Source: an uncultured bacterium
GTDB taxonomy: Bacteria; Verrucomicrobiota; Verrucomicrobiia; Verrucomicrobiales; DEV007
Assembly (NCBI GenBank): GCA_963977015.1
Contig: CAXBMO010000026.1
Coordinates: forward strand, 25,784-89,783
Length of the DNA stretch: 64,000 nt
Direction of reading: 5' to 3'
Part shown: positions 46,306-56,214 of the stretch, piece after piece
Position numbering within the stretch: the stretch's first letter is position 1
Layout of the letters: the number at the start of each line of letters is the position of its first letter
Notes under the pieces: model-generated
The model's input: the letters and a program-made list of their open reading frames with translations, nothing else
What the model was told of the DNA's origin: nothing
Database searches by the model: none
Made by a program: the position numbers and the translations under genes

Positions 46306-48597
46306 ATGGCAAGGTTACGCAACCGGCAAACACTGTTTAACGAGCAAAGCGGGCGAGGCGTTGATCCGCTTATTGACGTCGTGATGAATGGCTTTGCGGC
46401 GATGTTCATTATCGTCGTTGTTCTACTGGTTCTAAAAGGACACGAACCGATTCAGTTTCTGAAGAAGTTCCAGCTCCCTCCAGCCTTTCCCGGCGAGTCG
46501 TTCACGTTTACGTTCCCAGTTCAGGGAGGGCAAGGAAGGCGGATCTTTCGCCTGCTCGAGGGTGACCTTTCTTCCATCAATTTGGAGTTTGATCGTGAGT
46601 CGGGCACCATCTTTGGTCAGGCGCGCTTGCCTGGAAATCAATCGACCCCGATGAAGATTCCACTTCGTCTTCAGGTCGTGGATGAGGCCGGGCATACGGA
46701 CCAGATCGAAACCGACTTGGAACTCTGGGAGATGAAACTGCCAGTTCGCGACCTGCCTTCCGTGGGACTTTCCCGGCAGACTGCCGCTCTCCCCCCGGCG
46801 AGAAAGGGCGTTGGCTATGAGACCGTTCTGGGAATTACCCACCCTACGAGCGATTTTGTTGCCAGCCTTGAGGATCCGGACGCTCTGCCGGATGGACTCG
46901 TCTTTGATGCTCACCGCGTTGCCATTCAGGGCGTGCCGAAAGAGTCCGGAGAGTTTCGTTTGAAGATTTCAATTCATCAGCAGCCGGGCTCCTTCGTGAC
47001 TGCGCTGGGGCATCCGGTGAGTTGGGAGGGGTCTCGTGAGGAACGTGAGTATATCTTGTCCGTCTCGGATGTTGCAATTCTCCGGCCACTTCTTCCGTTG
47101 GCGAGGGTGGGGCAGGAATATGTAGGGGCCATACTTTCTGGCCCCCGCCTCGCAGGGGAATTGATTCGCGTGGAAGGGCTGGCGGAATCGGGGCTGAAGT
47201 TTGATCCGGAAACTGGAGCGGTTTCCGGAATTCCCATCAAGGAAGGTAGCCTGGAGGTTCGCTATTTTCTGGAAAACGCGGAAGCAGTTCCGATGAATGC
47301 GACCCTCGCAGTCCTTCCCGCCGTTCCTGAGCCGCAAGTAGGCCCATTGACGGCTCAAGCGTGGGTGAACGAAAACACGGCTATTGCGATTCCGTATCGT
47401 GGTTTCATGGAACCGGTTGAGGTAACGGGCACCAATCTACCGCCGGGACTCCGTCTCGAAGGAGCCGCCATCGTTGGCAAGCCAACTCAACCTGGTCTCC
47501 ATACCGTCCAAGTAACTCTTGAAGATTGCCAAGGCAGGACAGGAAACAGCCAATTGAGGTTACGCGTTGGTCCCTCCCGAGCCCCAATTCAATCGCCTGC
47601 ACTAACGCACCTCTATCTTCCCCCCGGTCAGAAGGTTGATTGGCGTCCCCTGGTTGTTGGTGGTGAAGCTCCATTCGAATGGAGGTTCAGCGATGACACG
47701 TCGATTGATCGTGATGGGTATTGGCGAGCGTCTGTTTCAAAACCCGGGACTTCCAGGAAGACCTTTGTGGTCGTTGATCCGGTTACCAAAGAATCCGTTC
47801 CGTCCGAGTTGGTGATTCATTGTGCCTATCCAGAGACCAGCAGGCCTCAATTTGTGGTTCCCAACCGGATGACGGCTGCGATTGGGCAACCTTTCGAATA
47901 CAGTCCAAAAATTGAGGGAGGCGTGGGAATTCCCCGTATCACGCTCGTCAGCGAAGTCCCACCAGGCTTACGCTTTGAGGACGGCCGCCTTCATGGGACC
48001 GTTACCGGGAAGGGAGCTTGGCCTCTCGTATTTCAAGCGATGACTGTCGACCTGGAAGAGCCGATTGAATCCAGTGAAATCACGTTGCAGGCTTCTCATC
48101 ATGATTCTTCCAAACTCCAAATCGCAACGCAGAGTATCCCCATTGCGGTTGAGGGGAAACGCTATGAATTTCAGTTCGCCGCCACAGGTGGAGTTGGAGT
48201 GCCTGACATTACGTTTATAGGAAGAGCCCCTCCAGGGATGAGGTTTACCGAGAACTCTCTGGTGGGAATCGCTTCGCTAGCATCCAGCAGGAGCACCTTT
48301 CAAGTGCAAGCGACCGACGACGCCGGTCAGAAGGCAAGAGCGAGTATTGAGTTTCGGGTTCAACCTCTTGCCTCCAATCCCAGACCCAAACCAGTGTTCG
48401 AGAATTGGATGTATGGCGGCAATCGTGAAATGCTTGCGTGGAAGATGTGGGGGGATGATGAAACAACCATCCTTGTGTTTCCTACCAAACCTCTTTCAGA
48501 CACGGTTCGCGATGCGATGCAATTTTTGGGATCTAATTCCTTCGATTGCCAAATCCAGGTCGTGTTGCCTACGAAATCACTGGTCAAGCCTCGATAG
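46306..48597 (+). CDS. Single-TM ExbD/MotB-like partner with ~7 putative Ig (He_PIG-like) repeats
   Basis: Basic N-terminus, VDPLIDVVMNGFAAMFIIVVVLLVL TM with Asp; repeats LPPAFPGESF, LPPARKGVGY, LPLARVGQEY, LPPGLRL, AAIGQPFEY, IPIAVEGKRYEFQFAATGG. Confidence 0.72.
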   Translation: MARLRNRQTLFNEQSGRGVDPLIDVVMNGFAAMFIIVVVLLVLKGHEPIQFLKKFQLPPAFPGESFTFTFPVQGGQGRRIFRLLEGDLSSINLEFDRESGTIFGQARLPGNQSTPMKIPLRLQVVDEAGHTDQIETDLELWEMKLPVRDLPSVGLSRQTAALPPARKGVGYETVLGITHPTSDFVASLEDPDALPDGLVFDAHRVAIQGVPKESGEFRLKISIHQQPGSFVTALGHPVSWEGSREEREYILSVSDVAILRPLLPLARVGQEYVGAILSGPRLAGELIRVEGLAESGLKFDPETGAVSGIPIKEGSLEVRYFLENAEAVPMNATLAVLPAVPEPQVGPLTAQAWVNENTAIAIPYRGFMEPVEVTGTNLPPGLRLEGAAIVGKPTQPGLHTVQVTLEDCQGRTGNSQLRLRVGPSRAPIQSPALTHLYLPPGQKVDWRPLVVGGEAPFEWRFSDDTSIDRDGYWRASVSKPGTSRKTFVVVDPVTKESVPSELVIHCAYPETSRPQFVVPNRMTAAIGQPFEYSPKIEGGVGIPRITLVSEVPPGLRFEDGRLHGTVTGKGAWPLVFQAMTVDLEEPIESSEITLQASHHDSSKLQIATQSIPIAVEGKRYEFQFAATGGVGVPDITFIGRAPPGMRFTENSLVGIASLASSRSTFQVQATDDAGQKARASIEFRVQPLASNPRPKPVFENWMYGGNREMLAWKMWGDDETTILVFPTKPLSDTVRDAMQFLGSNSFDCQIQVVLPTKSLVKPR

Positions 48598-48723
48598 GGG
48601 CGAGCGTTCCTTGGTCTGAAACGTGAAATGTGATGGAATTTACTGTGGTGGCGCTTCCAAGTGTCCACTGCGTTCTTTCAAACTCCACTTGAAGGTTTTG
48701 CCAATTTGTTGGATACCAGAATC

Positions 48724-49098
48724 ATGAAGATCCAGGAAATTGCATTCTCTTGCTACCCCGTCAAAGATATGGCCAAGGCCCGGGCTTTCTATGAGGGCAT
48801 CCTCGGGCTGACCGCGACGATGGATCACGAAATGGAAGGTGGCCATTGGGTGGAATACGATATTGGCACCGGCACTCTCGCGATCGGTGTCGCTGAAGGG
48901 ATGGAACCGAGCAGGGACGGATGCAGCGTGGCGCTTGAAGTCGACGATTTCGACAAGGCGATTGCGGAACTCCAGGCGGCGAAGATTGAGTTTAACTTTG
49001 GTCCATTGGAAACGCCGGTTTGCCACATGGCCTTCGTCCGCGACCCGGATGGCAATTCGATCGGCATTCATCGCCGCAAGGAAGGCCAGGGGGCGTGA
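48724..49098 (+). CDS. VOC/glyoxalase family protein
   Basis: YPVKDMAKARAFYEGILGL, VALEVDDFD, AFVRDPDGNSIGIH. Confidence 0.85.
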   Translation: MKIQEIAFSCYPVKDMAKARAFYEGILGLTATMDHEMEGGHWVEYDIGTGTLAIGVAEGMEPSRDGCSVALEVDDFDKAIAELQAAKIEFNFGPLETPVCHMAFVRDPDGNSIGIHRRKEGQGA

Positions 49099-49130
49099 AA
49101 CGCGGCGCCGGCAAGTCCCGGTAATCCCGA

Positions 49131-50246
49131 CTACTCCTCCGCAGGATGAGCGGTCAGCTTCGCGGCGGTCTGCCCCAGCTTCTCGTGTGCGGCGGGATCG
49201 GCGGGTAACGCTTTGGATCGGAACGCCGGCAGGAGGTGTTCCCACACCAGATCCAGCTCGGTCTGCATCTGCCCCGTTTTTGCGGTAATGGCGATGACGG
49301 CGTCGTGCTCTGGAATCACGAGACAGATCTGCCCGTCGCGACCGTCGCCCCGATAGCAGTTGTGCCGGCAACGCCAGAATTGGTAACCATAACCTTGCGC
49401 CCAATCCGGATTCTTCGCGTGTGGAGCCTTGCTATTGTCCACCTGGTTCGCCGTTGCTGCTTCAACCCATTTTTCGGTGAGCAATCGTTGACCGTTCCAT
49501 TTGCCCTTCTGGAGATAGAGTTGACCGAATTTGGCGATGTCCTCGGTTCGAACAAACAAGCCGTAGCCCCCAATGCTGTAGCCCTCGTCCGTAGCGTCCC
49601 ATCTGGGAGCTTCGATCCCGAGCGGCTCGAACAAACGCGGTTTCAGGTAGTCGACCACTGTTTCGCCCGTGGCTTTGGTGATGATTGCGGAGAGCAGGTA
49701 GCTGCCCGGGGTGTTGTAGCGAAACCAACTGCCGGGCTCGTGCGCAACCGGGTGGGTGAGAAAGCCCTTCACGGTGGGCCCAGTTTGCAGGTTAAACTTC
49801 GGCTCGACCTCATGCCCGGTGCTCATGGTCAAAAGGTCGCGGATCTGCATCGCTTTGAGGTTTCCGCTCGCTTCCTCCGGCGCCTCGTCAGGAAAGAATT
49901 TCAGCACCGGGTCATCCAGGCTTAGTTTTCCCTCTTCCGCAGCCATCCCGATTGCGGTGGAAGTGAAGCTCTTGCTGAGCGACCACAGAATGTGCGGCTT
50001 GTCCGCCGACTCAGGCTCCCACCACGCCTCGGCAATCACGTGTCCGTGCCGGACGAGCATGAAACTGTGCAGGGTATCGATCTGCTCGTCCGCCGCTTCG
50101 ATGAAATTCTGGATCGCAGCGGAAGCAATGCCCTGGGCTTCCGGTGTGCTTCGTGGAAGCGCGGAACTACTGCCCGCGTGGGACGCAAAGACGAAGGTGA
50201 GAAAGAAACAATGAGCCAGGAGGCAGCGTAGGGGATTTGGTTTCAT
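49131..50246 (-). CDS. Secreted serine hydrolase, beta-lactamase class C-like family
   Basis: WSLSKS (SxxK), LLTMSTG, FRYNT, AKFGQLYLQKGKW, YGYQFW. Confidence 0.88.
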   Translation of the reverse strand: MKPNPLRCLLAHCFFLTFVFASHAGSSSALPRSTPEAQGIASAAIQNFIEAADEQIDTLHSFMLVRHGHVIAEAWWEPESADKPHILWSLSKSFTSTAIGMAAEEGKLSLDDPVLKFFPDEAPEEASGNLKAMQIRDLLTMSTGHEVEPKFNLQTGPTVKGFLTHPVAHEPGSWFRYNTPGSYLLSAIITKATGETVVDYLKPRLFEPLGIEAPRWDATDEGYSIGGYGLFVRTEDIAKFGQLYLQKGKWNGQRLLTEKWVEAATANQVDNSKAPHAKNPDWAQGYGYQFWRCRHNCYRGDGRDGQICLVIPEHDAVIAITAKTGQMQTELDLVWEHLLPAFRSKALPADPAAHEKLGQTAAKLTAHPAEE

Positions 50247-50468
50247 GATGAAATTGGAACACGCTTGAGAAGTGTTCTCCTGAGCCTTGACCTAGGTGCG
50301 TGAGGTGACAACTGGAATTGGCTTCCAAGAAGTCAACTCGCCAACAACGGCGGGTTGCTTCACCTCTCCGGAATCGATCTGCGCAGGGCGCGGATTTACC
50401 CTGCCATCGGTATCGGATCAGCGATCCAACCTTTGGCGCACGGCTCTGACGCATTCCCCATGAATGGG

Positions 50469-52424
50469 TCAGGCGACTCGGCCGTCGACCAGGGATTGGA
50501 CGACGCCCGGGTCGGCCAAGGTCGAGATGTCGCCGAGATCATGGATGTCGCCTTCGGCAATTTTGCGCAGGATCCGGCGCATGATTTTGCCGGATCGCGT
50601 TTTGGGGAGACCGTCGGTGAATTGGATTTTCTCTGGCGAGGCGTGGGGCCCGATGTCGTTGCGAACGTGTTGGATGATTTGCTTCAGGGTTTCATCCGTC
50701 GGCGTTTCGCCGGTTTTGAGAGTGACGAAGGCGTAGATCGCATTGCCTTTGATGTCGTGGGGATAGCCAACAACGGCGGCTTCCGCAACCTGATCGTGCC
50801 CGCCGATGGCACCTTCGATTTCGGCCGTTCCAAGGTTGTGGCCGGAGACAATGATGACGTCATCCACGCGACCAGTGATCCAGTAGTAACCGTCCTTATC
50901 GCGCATGCAGCCATCACCGGAGAAATATTTGCCAGGGAATCTCGCAAAGTAGGTGTCGAAAAAGCGCTGATGATCGCCGTAAACGCCGCGCATTTGGCCG
51001 GGCCATGGCTCCAGCATACAAAGATTGCCGCGAACGTTGTTCCCCATGATGATGGTACCTTCGTCGTCGACCAACGCGGGCTTCACGCCGAAGAAGGGGA
51101 GGGTGGCGGAGCCGGGTTTGGTCGGGACTGCGCCGGGAAGCGGCGAGATGAGAATGCCGCCGGTTTCGGTTTGCCACCAGGTGTCGACAATGGGGCACTG
51201 TTCCTTGCCAACAACGGTGTGATACCACGTCCATTCCGGCGATTTGATGGGCTCACCCACCGTGCCGAGAAGCTTGAGCGAGGTGAGGTCGTGGGCGTTG
51301 GGCCAGGTATCGCCTTCCTTCATGAGGGCGCGCAGGGCGGTTGGCGCGGTGTAGAAAATGTTGACCTTGTGTTTCTCGACGATTTGCCAGAACCGGCCAA
51401 AGTCCGGGTAGTTCGGCACGCCCTCAAACATCATTGTGGTGGCGCGATTCGCGAGCGGCCCATAGATGATGTAGCTGTGACCGGTGATCCAGCCAATGTC
51501 GGCGGTGCACCAGTAGATGTCGCCGGGGTGGTAATCGAAAATGTAGTGATGAGTCGATGCGACGTAGGTGAGGTAGCCGCCAGTGGTGTGCAGCACCCCT
51601 TTGGGTTTGCCGGTCGAGCCTGAAGTGTAGAGGATGAAGAGCGGATCTTCGGAATCCATTGGCTCGGGAGGACAAACCGGATCTGCCGCCGCGATGGCTT
51701 CGTGCCACCAGCTATCGCGTCCCTCCTGCATTTCCACGGGAGAGCCTGTTCGCTGAACCACGAGAATTTTCTCGACCGACGGCGTTTTGGCGATGGCGAT
51801 GTCAGCATTCGCCTTCATCGGAATGTCCAGTTTCTTGCCCCGGACACCGGTGTCCTGAGTGATGATCGCCTTGCAGCCGGAATCGTTGATGCGCGTTACG
51901 AGGCTGTCGGAGGTAAAGGCACCAAATACAATCGAGTGAACCGCACCGATTCTCGCACAGGCGAGCATTGCGATGGACAATTCCGGGATCATTTGCATGT
52001 AGATGCAAACCCGGTCGCCTTTCTCGATTCCAAGCGCCTTCAGGGCGTTGGCCGCCTTCTGCACCTCAGCCTGCATCTCGGCAAAGGTGAACGTTTTGCT
52101 CTCGCTGGGATCGTTACCTTCCCAAATCAGCGCAGTCTCATCTCCGTGACCTTCTTCGACGTGCCGGTCGACGCAGTTGTAACAGGCGTTCAGCTTGGCG
52201 CCCAGGAACCATTTGATCTCGGCTTTCTCATAGTCCCATTCTCGAACCTTGTCCCAGGTTTCGAACCAACTCAGCCGTTGGGCCTGACCTGCCCAGAACG
52301 TTTCCGGATCGGTAACGGACTGATCATAGAGGGTCTGATAGTCTTCGAGAGACTTGACATGGGCGTTCGCGGAAAACTCTGCGGACGGAGGAAAAGATGG
52401 GGTTTCGTTGTGGTCCTGACTCAT
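50469..52424 (-). CDS. acs: Acetyl-CoA synthetase
   Basis: [53 protein letters not shown]. Start placed at MSQDHN. Confidence 0.95.
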   Translation of the reverse strand: MSQDHNETPSFPPSAEFSANAHVKSLEDYQTLYDQSVTDPETFWAGQAQRLSWFETWDKVREWDYEKAEIKWFLGAKLNACYNCVDRHVEEGHGDETALIWEGNDPSESKTFTFAEMQAEVQKAANALKALGIEKGDRVCIYMQMIPELSIAMLACARIGAVHSIVFGAFTSDSLVTRINDSGCKAIITQDTGVRGKKLDIPMKANADIAIAKTPSVEKILVVQRTGSPVEMQEGRDSWWHEAIAAADPVCPPEPMDSEDPLFILYTSGSTGKPKGVLHTTGGYLTYVASTHHYIFDYHPGDIYWCTADIGWITGHSYIIYGPLANRATTMMFEGVPNYPDFGRFWQIVEKHKVNIFYTAPTALRALMKEGDTWPNAHDLTSLKLLGTVGEPIKSPEWTWYHTVVGKEQCPIVDTWWQTETGGILISPLPGAVPTKPGSATLPFFGVKPALVDDEGTIIMGNNVRGNLCMLEPWPGQMRGVYGDHQRFFDTYFARFPGKYFSGDGCMRDKDGYYWITGRVDDVIIVSGHNLGTAEIEGAIGGHDQVAEAAVVGYPHDIKGNAIYAFVTLKTGETPTDETLKQIIQHVRNDIGPHASPEKIQFTDGLPKTRSGKIMRRILRKIAEGDIHDLGDISTLADPGVVQSLVDGRVA

Positions 52425-52674
52425 TGTTGAGGCGTCTGTATCTGTGACCAGTAGAGAAATGAGAGAGGAGTGCCAGCAAAAAATCGAATTCTCAGATTCC
52501 AGGTCGATTGGGTCGAGATTATTTATCTGAAAAGCTTGCAAATCGGAAAGTTTGTTTAAATCATGCGCCGATAGCACTGGTTTGCTGGGACTTAGGAAAA
52601 TATGGGAGTTCCGGATGGCCGGGGGAGTTTGGAGGAAAATGTTTGGTTCCATGAATTTTACTGCGCACGGAAAC

Positions 52675-53946
52675 ATGTTGGACGGTCTCGATTTGGAGTC
52701 CGTGGAGGCACCTTCTTATGTCATCGATCTGGAGAAACTCCGGTCGAATGGCAGGCTGCTTGCCGAGGTGCAACGCCGATCAGGTTGTAAAGTTCTCTTG
52801 GCGCTCAAGGCCTTTGCCGTTTGGCGTACGTTTCCAGAGTTCAAAGAATTCTTGGCGGGAACGTGTTCGAGCGGAGTGCATGAGGCGCGCTTGGCGCGTG
52901 AGAAATTCGGCAAGGAAGTCCACTTCTATTCGCCGGGGTTGCGGGAGAGTGAGATTCAAGAGGTTGCTCAGTTGGCGGACCATCTGGTCTTCAACTCGAT
53001 GGGGCAATACGAGCGGTTTTACCCCCATTTTCGTGATGCGCAGCGTCCGATTCAGTTCGGATTTCGGATCAATCCGGAATGCCGCGTTTCCAAGTTCGAG
53101 CAATATGATCCCTCCGCCCCCAGGTGCCGTTTTGGGCTGCGGGCGGATGAGATTGGTCGCGAGCTTCCTCCCGGCATTGAGGGATTGCACTTTCACAACT
53201 TGTGCGAGCAGGGAATCGAGCCGCTGAAGAAGACCTTGGCGGCGGTGGAGGCCAAGTTTGGCCACCTCATTGAGCAAGCCAAATGGATGAACTTTGGAGG
53301 CGGTCACTACATCACCAGTCCCGGCTACGATGTTGATGGGTTGGTCGACTTGATTGTGGATTTTCGGCGACGCTACCAGATCGACGTCTATCTCGAACCG
53401 GGTGAGGCGGTCGCTCTCGATGCTGGTGTCTTGGTGGCCTCCGTGTTGGATGTGATCGAGCGGGGCAAGGAGTCGGTCGCGGTTTTGGACGTCTCTCCCT
53501 CCAACCACATGCCCGATATTTTGGAGATGCCTTACACGCCGGAATTGGTCGGATCCGTACCTCTGGCAGATGCGCCATTCCAGTATGAGTTAGGGTCGTC
53601 TTCCTGCCTGAGTAGCGATATTGTTGGGAATTATGGCTTTGATAAGCCTCTCCAGATCGGTCAGAAACTCGTCTTTTTGGATCAAGCCGTCTACACCATG
53701 GTGAAATCCAGCAACTTCAATGGGTTGAAGATGCCGAATATCGCGACCTATGATTCGAAAACGGGTACTTTGGTCCAAATCCTGAAACTTGGCTACCAGG
53801 ATTTCCGGGATCGATTGTCCACCGCGCATATCGATGATCTTTTGACGGCTCCAGCCGTGGCGCCCCTAACTTCCGTCCCAGGTATGAGTGTCCTGCGGGC
53901 CTCGGGAGCGGAGTGCTCGCCAGACTACGGAAGAATGGCCGAGTAA
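52675..53946 (+). CDS. nspC: Carboxynorspermidine decarboxylase
   Basis: LLALKAF (PLP Lys), [49 protein letters not shown]; ~40-aa extra C-terminal tail. Confidence 0.85.
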   Translation: MLDGLDLESVEAPSYVIDLEKLRSNGRLLAEVQRRSGCKVLLALKAFAVWRTFPEFKEFLAGTCSSGVHEARLAREKFGKEVHFYSPGLRESEIQEVAQLADHLVFNSMGQYERFYPHFRDAQRPIQFGFRINPECRVSKFEQYDPSAPRCRFGLRADEIGRELPPGIEGLHFHNLCEQGIEPLKKTLAAVEAKFGHLIEQAKWMNFGGGHYITSPGYDVDGLVDLIVDFRRRYQIDVYLEPGEAVALDAGVLVASVLDVIERGKESVAVLDVSPSNHMPDILEMPYTPELVGSVPLADAPFQYELGSSSCLSSDIVGNYGFDKPLQIGQKLVFLDQAVYTMVKSSNFNGLKMPNIATYDSKTGTLVQILKLGYQDFRDRLSTAHIDDLLTAPAVAPLTSVPGMSVLRASGAECSPDYGRMAE

Positions 53947-53988
53947 CCAGATCTTGATCCCCATGTGCGTTTCCCCTAAAGGTCGGAG

Positions 53989-56016
53989 ATGCGTATTTGG
54001 ATTCTCTCGATCATCTTGTTGGGTTGTGCTTTCGCAGACGGGCCGGCAGACAATCTCCCGGAAAACGTTCGGCGTGTGCCACCCCTCGGAATTGAAGTTT
54101 TTGAGGAGGACCAACAGAAGCTGGACGCCGCGATTTCCGAGTTGGAAGCGAGGATTTCCGCTTTCCCCAAGCAAAGCGACCTCACGCGGCTTCTTCCCGA
54201 TATCGAGATTCTGGTTCGAGCCGTCGCCGACCCGCTCCACTATCAGGAGATTCAGAAGGAAGCCGAGATTGCCCAGGCATACCAATTGTTGGAACTGGCG
54301 GGCGAACGACTTTCCCAATTGGAGGCTGGTCGGGCTCCTTGGACTGCGGAGACGGGGCTCGTCGTTCGCGGGTTTCGCTCGAAACTCGATGGCTCGGTCC
54401 AGCCCTACGGGCTCGTAATTCCGGAGTCTTACCAGTTTGATGGGCCAACGCGGCATCGGCTGGATTTTTGGTTTCACGGTCGCGGCGAACGCAGCACGGA
54501 ACTGGGTTTCATCCAACAGCGGCTTCACAACGCGGGCCAGTACCAGCCGAAAGACACCATCGTCCTGCATCCCTACGCACGCTATTCGAACGGGAACAAA
54601 TTCGCCGGAGAGATCGACTGTCTGGAGGCGTTGGAGCACGTAAAGGCAAACTATCGCATCGACGATGACCGCATCCTGGTGCGTGGCTTCTCCATGGGCG
54701 GGGCTGCGTGTTGGAATTTCGCGGTTCACTATGCCGACCGCTGGTGTGCGGCCAATCCCGGCGCGGGATTTTCGGAAACGCCCGAGTTTCTCAAATCCTT
54801 CCAGAGCGAAACGCTCAATCCGACCTGGTATCAGCGCAAACTCTGGCGGCTCTACGATTGCACCGATGTCGCCGTCAACATCTTCAACATTCCGACCGTC
54901 GCCTACAGCGGCGAACTCGACCGCCAAAAACAGGCCGCCGACATCATGGCTGAGCGAATGAAGGAACGCAGCCTTCACCTCACGCACATCATCGGGCCGG
55001 ACACCGAGCACAAGATTCATCCGGATTCCAAAGTCGAGATTGAGCGGCGCCTCAATGCGATTGCCAAAATCGGGAGAAACACGCGTCCGCCAGCCATCAA
55101 GCTCAAGACCCACACCTTGCGCTACAATCGCATGCACTATGCCACGATTGATGCCCTCGCAGAACATTGGGAGCCTGCCGAACTCCACGTCAACGTCGAC
55201 TGGAAGTCCGGCATCACCACGATTTTCAAGACCGAAGGCGTCACGGCCTTCACGATTGATCTTCCTCCCGGCTCGATCGAACTCCCGCCCGCGTGGCAGC
55301 CCAAAATTCGTTTTGGCTTGGGCATGAACATGAAGGAACTCCAAGGTCCCTGGGTAGGCTCAGATCGTTCCTATCGGGTTCATCTCCGCAGATCCGGGGA
55401 AGCCTGGGAAGTCGTGGATCAACCTGGAATGGGCGGGGAAGGTCTCGTCAAGCGCCACGGGCTCCAAGGGCCGATCGACGACGCCTTCATGGACTCGTTC
55501 CTTTTTGTGAAACCCGGCGGCAAAGCCGCGCATGACTCCGTCGGCGAGTTCGTGAGTCGCGAGTTGGATCACGCGCAAACGCATTGGCGACAACAGTTCC
55601 GCGGCCACGCCCGCATCAAGGTCGACTCCGAAGTAACGGAAGAAGATGTTGCGAGCCACAACCTCGTCCTGTGGGGCGATCCCTCCAGCAACAGCCTGCT
55701 CGCTAAAGCTGTGAAACAACTCCCCATTGGCTGGACCTCGGAGTCCATTACCATCGGTGAGCAAAGCTTCCCGGCGGACCATCACGCGCTCCTCATGATC
55801 TACCCGAATCCGCTCAACCCGGATCGCTACGTCGTCCTCAACAGCGGCTTCACCTATCGCGAATACGACTATCTGAACAACGCCCGCCAGGTTCCCAAGC
55901 TTCCCGACTGGGCCGTTGTCGACACGCGAACTCCCATGACGAGCCAAGGACCGGGCAAGGTCGTTGCGGCTGACTTCTTTGATGAGAAATGGCAGCTGAA
56001 ACCGAGCCGCGAATGA
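53989..56016 (+). CDS. Secreted S9-like peptidase/esterase (alpha/beta hydrolase)
   Basis: Signal peptide; DGSVQPYGL, FHGRG, RGFSMGG nucleophile, GELD, EHKIH. Confidence 0.8.
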   Translation: MRIWILSIILLGCAFADGPADNLPENVRRVPPLGIEVFEEDQQKLDAAISELEARISAFPKQSDLTRLLPDIEILVRAVADPLHYQEIQKEAEIAQAYQLLELAGERLSQLEAGRAPWTAETGLVVRGFRSKLDGSVQPYGLVIPESYQFDGPTRHRLDFWFHGRGERSTELGFIQQRLHNAGQYQPKDTIVLHPYARYSNGNKFAGEIDCLEALEHVKANYRIDDDRILVRGFSMGGAACWNFAVHYADRWCAANPGAGFSETPEFLKSFQSETLNPTWYQRKLWRLYDCTDVAVNIFNIPTVAYSGELDRQKQAADIMAERMKERSLHLTHIIGPDTEHKIHPDSKVEIERRLNAIAKIGRNTRPPAIKLKTHTLRYNRMHYATIDALAEHWEPAELHVNVDWKSGITTIFKTEGVTAFTIDLPPGSIELPPAWQPKIRFGLGMNMKELQGPWVGSDRSYRVHLRRSGEAWEVVDQPGMGGEGLVKRHGLQGPIDDAFMDSFLFVKPGGKAAHDSVGEFVSRELDHAQTHWRQQFRGHARIKVDSEVTEEDVASHNLVLWGDPSSNSLLAKAVKQLPIGWTSESITIGEQSFPADHHALLMIYPNPLNPDRYVVLNSGFTYREYDYLNNARQVPKLPDWAVVDTRTPMTSQGPGKVVAADFFDEKWQLKPSRE

Positions 56017-56206
56017 ATCTCGCAACGGCGCGAGGTCCGCAACGGGGAGGATTCGTAAGAGGAAGAAAATCGTTGCGAGCTTTGCGCCGTCGCGTGAGAC
56101 CCTCCAGCTGTGCTTGCTCGGAATGAATCTTGCAACGGCGCGAAGTCCGCAACGGGGAGGATTCGTAGAAGGAAGAAAATCGTTGCGAGCTTTGCGTCGT
56201 TGCGAG
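56011..56206. repeat. Two tandem copies of a ~86-88-bp palindromic REP/MITE-like element (110-bp period)
   Basis: GAATGAATCT(C/T)GCAACGGCGCGA(G/A)GTCCGCAACG...CGTTGCGAGCTTTGCG(C/T)CGT... at 56011-56098 and 56121-56206; each has inverted arms. Confidence 0.85.
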
Positions 56207-56214
56207 CCACCAGG

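Noticed and set aside
44155-48597. Canonical Zorya, flagellar MotAB, or Tol/Ton system
   Set aside because: No OmpA-like domain on the partner, no ZorC/D/E, and no TonB/TolA/Pal or flagellar genes; kept only as an analogy.
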